Source: Candidatus Saccharimonadota bacterium
GTDB lineage: Bacteria; Patescibacteriota; Gracilibacteria; UBA4473
Assembly (NCBI GenBank): GCA_020632335.1
Contig: JACKFV010000001.1
Span: 390,001 to 422,000, forward strand
Reading direction: 5' to 3'
Length of the DNA stretch: 32,000 nt
Part shown: positions 27,427-32,000 of the stretch, piece by piece
How positions within the stretch are numbered: position 1 is the stretch's first letter
Layout: every line of letters begins with the position of its first letter
Notes under the pieces: generated by a model
What the model saw: only the letters and a program-made list of their open reading frames with translations
What the model was told of the DNA's origin: nothing
Database searches by the model: none
Translations under genes and position numbers: made by a program

Positions 27427-28099
27427 TCTTCATAGCGGTCAGAAGGGTACGAAGCGCCGCGGCTGGATCTGGGGCCTTCACGATGGCCGAGGCAACGAGA
27501 AAACCACTGCAACCCAGTTGCATACCAATGCGTACATCCTCTGCTGTAGCGACTCCTGCACCGATGAGTAGGGGCACCCCCGCCGCCGCAATGACCGCCG
27601 CTCTCACTACTTCTGGCTGGGCGCGACTCACCGAGGTCTGGTTGCTGCCGATGAGCTCCGGGGGTTCGTAGGCGATGGCGTCTGTCCCGAGCGCCTGCAA
27701 CGCGGCTACCTCGGCTACTGTGGCGGCGCAGACAATGGTGATGATCTCGCTCTCTTGCGCTTCTTTAATGGTTTCTGCCAGAGTATGGCGGTCTTCTATG
27801 CGGTGCGCGGCGTGGTTCAACAGGGCATAAGTAGCCCCCGCCTCACGGGCCAACGGCGCAGCAATACACCCTACAGAAGACGAGAGCGGAGCTGGAGTGG
27901 GGTCCAGGTGCTGCACACAGAGCGGCATACCGGGCACCGCTGTGGCCACACGGTGGAGGTCCAGCGCGCTCACGGCCACCGTCACGGGCAGCTGCAGCTC
28001 CTCAGCCAGCGCCGCGTGGAGAACAGAAAGGCCCACGGCATGCGCGCCGCGGGCTTGCTCATAGGCTTTGTAGTTGGTGATCCAGAGAGGAAACGCCAT
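27413..28099 (-). CDS. tpiA: Triosephosphate isomerase, short archaeal-type (about 228 aa), with atypical active-site-neighbour motifs
   Basis: Colinear with archaeal TIMs: ITNYKAY (catalytic Lys), ALLNHAAHR (catalytic His, but NHSE changed to NHAA), AYEPPELIGS (catalytic Glu), LIGAGVATAEDV, GFLVASAIVKAPDP. Its start ATG abuts the ssb stop with a 0-nt gap. Confidence 0.8.
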   Translation of the reverse strand: MAFPLWITNYKAYEQARGAHAVGLSVLHAALAEELQLPVTVAVSALDLHRVATAVPGMPLCVQHLDPTPAPLSSSVGCIAAPLAREAGATYALLNHAAHRIEDRHTLAETIKEAQESEIITIVCAATVAEVAALQALGTDAIAYEPPELIGSNQTSVSRAQPEVVRAAVIAAAGVPLLIGAGVATAEDVRIGMQLGCSGFLVASAIVKAPDPAAALRTLLTAMKNATD

Positions 28100-28516
28100 C
28101 TAGAAGGGGAGATCGTCCGCTTCGTGGTCGGGCTGACCGGGCTGGTCAGGCGCCTCAAAGTGCGCAGGGGTACCCTCCACCATGCCCTTGGGGGTGAGGA
28201 TAATGGCCTCATCAGCCACGACTTCCGTCCGGTAGTGCTTCACGCCGTTTTGGTCGTCCCAGTTGCGGGTCTGCATGCGGCCCGAGAAGTACATCTTGGT
28301 GCCCTTACGCGTGTACTGCGCCATGATGTCGGCCAGCTTGCCCCAGCACACCACGTTGTGGTACTCCACGTCGTCGTGCTTGGTGCCATTGGCGTCCTTC
28401 CAAGACCGATTCGTCGCTACGCTGCAGGTGAGCACGGACTGCCCGTTGGAGGTGTGCTTGAGCTCAGGGTCGCGGGTCATATTGCCGATGAGTTGCGCTC
28501 TATTCAAAGAGTTCAT
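28100..28516 (-). CDS. ssb: Single-stranded DNA-binding protein SSB
   Basis: 138 aa. OB-fold sequence NRAQLIGNMTRDPELKHTSNGQSVLTCSVATNRSWKD...YHNVVCWGKLADIMAQYTRKGTKMYFSGRMQTRNWDD, and the acidic C-terminal tail ...HEADDLPF typical of bacterial SSB. Confidence 0.95.
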   Translation of the reverse strand: MNSLNRAQLIGNMTRDPELKHTSNGQSVLTCSVATNRSWKDANGTKHDDVEYHNVVCWGKLADIMAQYTRKGTKMYFSGRMQTRNWDDQNGVKHYRTEVVADEAIILTPKGMVEGTPAHFEAPDQPGQPDHEADDLPF

Positions 28517-28536
28517 GTGGATAGTTATGTACAGAA

Positions 28537-28565
28537 ATACTAGCGTACTGTGGGGATATTGTCTA
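28537..28565 (-). promoter_or_regulatory. Candidate promoter of the ssb-tpiA-dprA operon (-35 TAGACA, 17 nt, -10 TAGTAT)
   Basis: The minus strand reads TAGACA (28565-28560), then a 17-nt spacer, then TAGTAT (28542-28537). The -10 hexamer ends 20 nt upstream of the ssb ATG. A DnaA-box-like CTATCCACA (8/9; 28516-28524 on the plus strand as tgtggatag) overlaps the ssb start codon. Confidence 0.3.
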
Positions 28566-28602
28566 TGCCCCGGTGTTTGATTTTTGTGGTTTTTATCGTA
28601 AA

Positions 28603-28716
28603 AAGAGAGTCTCTAGGAACTCTGCACCGGGCAGGGTCTTCTGGGGTGGGTTTTCCACAGGGGTATGCTGAGTGGAAAAAGTGAACAGCATTCCGGGCGC
28701 TCTCAGAGTATCTCTT
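28603..28716. other. About 114-nt set of nested inverted repeats (three helices); candidate structured RNA, long terminator, or protein-binding site
   Basis: H1: aagagagtctct (28603-28614) with agagtatctctt (28705-28716), 10/12 pairs. H2: ggaactctg (28616-28624) with cagcattcc (28686-28694), 7/9 pairs. H3: ttttccac (28651-28658) with gtggaaaa (28672-28679), 8/8 pairs and a 13-nt loop. On the minus strand the 3' arm of H1 runs into CUCUCUUUUUACG, a U-run. No ORF explains the 389-nt rmuC-ssb gap. Confidence 0.3.
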
Positions 28717-28905
28717 CCCCTCTTACAAGGGCGTGGCAGTGTGGTGGGGATGCTGGTGCATTGACGGCATTGCTCTCTATGTCGGGGTATCTTTCTGGTG
28801 GCGGGGTGGCTGCTCAGGAGCCATGAGGGAGATTATGCACGAGCAGAACCTGCTGTTACTACTATTTTTTTTCAATAATTTCAAAAGAAAAAGCAGCGGA
28901 AGCGT

Positions 28906-30057
28906 TTACTGTGATGCGGGCTTAAATAACGCCGGCTGGGCAATGTCCTCTGTGCCCAATTGCATGACCTTCTCCACCTGCCCCTGGAGCTTATCGTTCG
29001 TGCGCAGTGCGCTGTCTAGGTTGTTGCCGGCCTGCCCCAGTTGCTTCTTGGCCAGCTGTATTTCTCCCTCCAGCTGCGCCGCGTACTGCCGCACACTGTG
29101 GAGTTCCGCGATGACCTGCTGCGCCTGCTTGGCAAATTCTTGACTCTGGTAGGCCTGGTAGATGATCCGCAGCGCGTAGAAGAGCGTCCCCGGCCCCACT
29201 AGCAGCACGCGCTTCTCTCGGGCGTAGTGGCTCAGCGGCGCGTTGCGGATGGCTACCTCGTAGTACAGCGACTCATTGGGGAGGAAGAGCAGCGCAAAAT
29301 CCACCGTGCCCGCATCGGTGAGGATGTACTTGGCGGTCTCGTTTATGCGTGCTTTGACGTCGCGCGTCAGCTGCTTCTCGGCCTCTTCCATCGCCGGGCC
29401 GTCACCGGATTCCAGCATTTTCTCATACGCTGCAAAGGGAAACTTGGCGTCTATGGGGATAGTCCCGTTACTGGTGAAAATCGCTGCGTCGACCACCGCC
29501 CCATTAGCCAGAGCGTGCTGCACGCTATAGCGCTGGGAGGGGAAGGTATTGGCCAGCAGGTCTATGAGCGTCTCCTCGCCCATACCCCCGCGCTTTTTAT
29601 TATTCAGGAGCATCTTATTGTACTTTTCTATCTGCGTGCCCAGCTCACGGATGCGCCCCATCTCCAGGTTGAACTTCGCTACGTCTTGCTGGAACTGCTG
29701 TAGGAATCGCGCGCTATTGTCGAGCCGCTGGCTGATCTGCTGCGTGTTATCGCCCAATTTAGTATCGACCTGCTTATTCACGCTGTCGAACTGCTGCTGC
29801 AGCGCCACCTGCTGCTGGGTGATCTGCTGGCGGAGGCTCTCGGTATTCTGGTGCTGCTGCGCGTTGCTGTACTGCAGCGAGTCATAGAGGTACTGCTGCA
29901 TGCGCTGCAGGGGGTCATCTACCTGCTCGTCGAACTGCAACTGCAGCTCTCGCATACGCCGCTGTAGCAGCCACACCGTGATGCCCGTGCCCACCAGGAG
30001 CACCACGAGCAATGCGATGAGGAGGATGTCGGTGAGGGAGAGGGCGCTCATAGCCAC
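28906..30057 (-). CDS. rmuC: DNA recombination protein RmuC (membrane-anchored, coiled-coil, nuclease-like C-terminal domain)
   Basis: 383 aa. N-terminal TM helix (LTDILLIALLVVLLVGTGITVWLL), a Gln-rich coiled-coil region, and RmuC-family motifs KKRGGMGEETLIDLL, VVDAAIFTSNGTIPIDAKFPFAAYE, FALLFLPNESLYYE, RVLLVGPGTLFYALR. The track start is GTG at 30057; ATG at 30051 (third codon) is an alternative start. Confidence 0.88.
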   Translation of the reverse strand: MAMSALSLTDILLIALLVVLLVGTGITVWLLQRRMRELQLQFDEQVDDPLQRMQQYLYDSLQYSNAQQHQNTESLRQQITQQQVALQQQFDSVNKQVDTKLGDNTQQISQRLDNSARFLQQFQQDVAKFNLEMGRIRELGTQIEKYNKMLLNNKKRGGMGEETLIDLLANTFPSQRYSVQHALANGAVVDAAIFTSNGTIPIDAKFPFAAYEKMLESGDGPAMEEAEKQLTRDVKARINETAKYILTDAGTVDFALLFLPNESLYYEVAIRNAPLSHYAREKRVLLVGPGTLFYALRIIYQAYQSQEFAKQAQQVIAELHSVRQYAAQLEGEIQLAKKQLGQAGNNLDSALRTNDKLQGQVEKVMQLGTEDIAQPALFKPASQ

Positions 30058-30130
30058 AGCCTATACCGCGCGCTGCATTCGTCTAGGCAGAAAAGGTAGA
30101 CGCCACCGCCGCCGTATATAGAGTGAGACC

Positions 30131-31906
30131 ATGCGCCAGAAGCACGTAGTGAGTGGCCTGATTCTCCTCCTGCTGGGGGGGGTCATGCTGCTACAGTCGC
30201 AGATACCCCAGTGGCGAGCGCTGGCGGAGGCCAGTGTGGAGAGTGCCCTCAACGCCGGTACCAGCGCAGAGGCGTGGCAGCTGGCAGCCTACCAGGCCGA
30301 GAGTCTGCCCAGCGTCTACCCCTTTACGCTGCTCTCGCGCACCATCACTGACCTCTCAGCCGTGGCCGCGGCGTACGAGCGCCTCCCCAGTGTGGCCAAT
30401 TTTTCGCTGACGTCACAGCCCTTTCTTTATAGCGATATCGAGCCCTATTACCAGTTCAGCCGCACCCTGCGCACCACTATAGCGTCGCTGCAGTCGCGAC
30501 TGGGGCGCCTGCCACGAGGGATATTTACCCCAGAGCAGCAGCAGGAGCTGCGTCTGCTGGAGGGGCAGATGAAGATACTGAGCGGCTGGCTGAAGGACGC
30601 GGAGGAGATCTACGCAACGCTGAAGGAGCACCGTGACCGCGTGCTGATTCTCTTTATGAATGAGAACGAGGCCCGTGCTGGAGGCGGTTTTGCGGGGTCG
30701 CTGGCTTACCTGGATTTCGCTCCGGGGGGGGTGTACCTCAGCTTCCACGACATCTACAGTGAGGACCGGCTCCTCCCCGAGAGCGCGAAACTCCCCGCGC
30801 TAGACTACTTCACACCGCTGGACCCGCTCATCAGCCTGAAGGATGTCCCCGCGCTGAGCGCTGACTTCCCTACCCTGGCCGAGCAGTACCAGGACTTCTA
30901 TAAGGCCATGCCCAGGAGCTTTGTGCCCAGTACCGTCCTGGCGGTAGATACCCAGGCCATACGCACGCTGCTGGGGGCGCTGCCGCGGGCCATCACGCTG
31001 GAGCCCTGGGAGATCACCGTGACGCCCGAGAATGCCGATATGGTACTGCAGTTCTTGGTGGAATCTAAAATTGCCGGCCGCTATGACGTCAAATCCCCCA
31101 TCATGCAGCTGGGGGTGCAGCTCATGGATCCAACGCTCTGGCGGGGTTTTGCCCTGGGGGAGGAGAACGCGGCGGCGCTGCTGGAGCTGCTGGAGCAGGG
31201 GCACGTGCGGCTCTGGAGTGAGCGGCGAGTACTGCAGTCCCTTGCCGAGCGGGCGGGCATGACTGGCCAGGTGACGCGCAGCCGGAATATCGACGATTTT
31301 CTCCAGCTCAGCATCACGAATATTGGCGCGAATAAGTCGGATAGATTTGTAGATACCGCCGTGCACCACCGCACCAAGGTCCTCCCCACAGGCCTGGGCA
31401 AGGTCTACCTGACGCTGCGGCGTACCCATACGCTGGCTCCGGGGGAGATAGACCACCTGCTCGGCACCACGAGACTCAGCCCGAATGTCGCCAGCACCCT
31501 CACCGACGCGGTGCGCTATGTCTTGGGAGACAGCCAAAACCGCGCCATTATGCATCTGTCACTCCCTGCGGGGGCCGTCATAGACAACTACAGTAACCCC
31601 AGTGGCAGCTATAACGTGCTGGAGGATAGCCCCTTCAGCAACGCGCAGACGGTGGAATTCCCCATGCATGTGAGCCCCGGCGAGTCACTGGAGGTAGTGC
31701 TGGAGTACACGGTGCCGCTGAAGAGAGGATCGAGCGCCTGGCGACCCTATAGCTTTGAGCTGCTGCCCACCCCCGCCCGAGAACGCAGCGAGTTCATCAA
31801 GACCATCACCACGACCGACGACGGGCAGCTCACCGCCGAGACCGAGAACATGGGCCGCCCCCTGCCCTTGCAAGAGCAGATCTACCGCGCGGTGGTGGAG
31901 TTTTAG
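30131..31906 (+). CDS. Membrane-anchored DUF4012-like protein
   Basis: 591 aa. N-terminal TM helix (VVSGLILLLLGGVMLLQ). The segment VLILFMNENEARAGGGFAGSLAYLDFAPGGVYLSFHDIYS resembles the DUF4012 core (N-x-x-E-x-R-x-x-GG-F-x-GS). The family call comes from memory of the motif, not from a search. Confidence 0.6.
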   Translation: MRQKHVVSGLILLLLGGVMLLQSQIPQWRALAEASVESALNAGTSAEAWQLAAYQAESLPSVYPFTLLSRTITDLSAVAAAYERLPSVANFSLTSQPFLYSDIEPYYQFSRTLRTTIASLQSRLGRLPRGIFTPEQQQELRLLEGQMKILSGWLKDAEEIYATLKEHRDRVLILFMNENEARAGGGFAGSLAYLDFAPGGVYLSFHDIYSEDRLLPESAKLPALDYFTPLDPLISLKDVPALSADFPTLAEQYQDFYKAMPRSFVPSTVLAVDTQAIRTLLGALPRAITLEPWEITVTPENADMVLQFLVESKIAGRYDVKSPIMQLGVQLMDPTLWRGFALGEENAAALLELLEQGHVRLWSERRVLQSLAERAGMTGQVTRSRNIDDFLQLSITNIGANKSDRFVDTAVHHRTKVLPTGLGKVYLTLRRTHTLAPGEIDHLLGTTRLSPNVASTLTDAVRYVLGDSQNRAIMHLSLPAGAVIDNYSNPSGSYNVLEDSPFSNAQTVEFPMHVSPGESLEVVLEYTVPLKRGSSAWRPYSFELLPTPARERSEFIKTITTTDDGQLTAETENMGRPLPLQEQIYRAVVEF

Positions 31907-31916
31907 CCCTGCCGGA

Positions 31917-31944
31917 TTGACACGCGTGGTCCTTACGGTAGCAT
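31917..31944 (+). promoter_or_regulatory. Candidate promoter for a downstream plus-strand gene beyond the window (-35 TTGACA, 16 nt, -10 TAGCAT)
   Basis: Perfect TTGACA at 31917-31922, a 16-nt spacer, then TAGCAT at 31939-31944. It lies immediately after the DUF4012-like gene stop. Confidence 0.3.
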
Positions 31945-32000
31945 GCCGGGGTAACCACTTTGCATGGCAGTACAACAGGTCACGGCGACGCGCATGACGC

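Noticed and set aside
28603-28716. SRP (4.5S) RNA or 6S RNA identity for the nested-helix element.
   Set aside because: The apical loop is 13 nt, with no GNRA tetraloop and no conserved helix-8 AGCA/GGAA internal-loop signature. It is too short for 6S RNA. It is kept only as an unassigned structured element.
1-32000. Mobile elements, prophage, integrons, toxin-antitoxin pairs, restriction-modification or other defence systems.
   Set aside because: I recognised no transposase, integrase, recombinase, reverse transcriptase or nuclease-ATPase defence signatures in any frame, and no terminal inverted repeats flanking a block of genes.

Overview
GC-rich bacterial chromosomal window read with the standard genetic code; TAA, TAG and TGA all end genes here. 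It begins beside dnaA. The minus strand carries dnaA with a perfect DnaA box in its promoter. Next comes a two-gene operon: a small membrane protein ending in LPLTG, then a secreted protein with three SLH repeats and a sortase-like domain. The plus strand carries a GH17-GT2 (NdvB-like) glucan synthase that is interrupted by an in-frame TAG exactly at the Trp of the QxxRW motif. After it comes one 20-kb gene (6251-26272, about 6,673 aa, about 63% of the window). The rest of the window holds a tightly packed minus-strand ssb / archaeal-type tpiA / dprA operon, rmuC, and a divergent DUF4012-like membrane protein. The giant protein contains, in order: a signal peptide, DUF11-like modules, two blocks of 48-aa propeller-like repeats (4 + 7 blades, encoded by near-identical 144-nt DNA repeats), three copies of an unnamed ~95-aa domain, and about 21 SdrD-B-like Ca-binding modules. 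It then has a Thr/Gly/Pro wall-spanning-type linker and an LPQTG motif. Where a normal sorting signal would have a TM helix and basic tail, it has a 346-aa SLH + sortase-like module paralogous to the standalone gene at 1817-2872. This pairing of a sortase substrate motif with a cis-fused sortase-like domain, mirrored by the standalone LPLTG-protein/sortase operon, is the most unusual feature. I saw no rRNA, tRNA, CRISPR array or mobile element. Most long antisense ORFs in the track are high-GC shadow frames. A lineage guess of CPR/Patescibacteria-like rests only on the archaeal-type TIM, the DUF4012 protein, the giant ORF and mostly SD-less starts, and is low-confidence inference.
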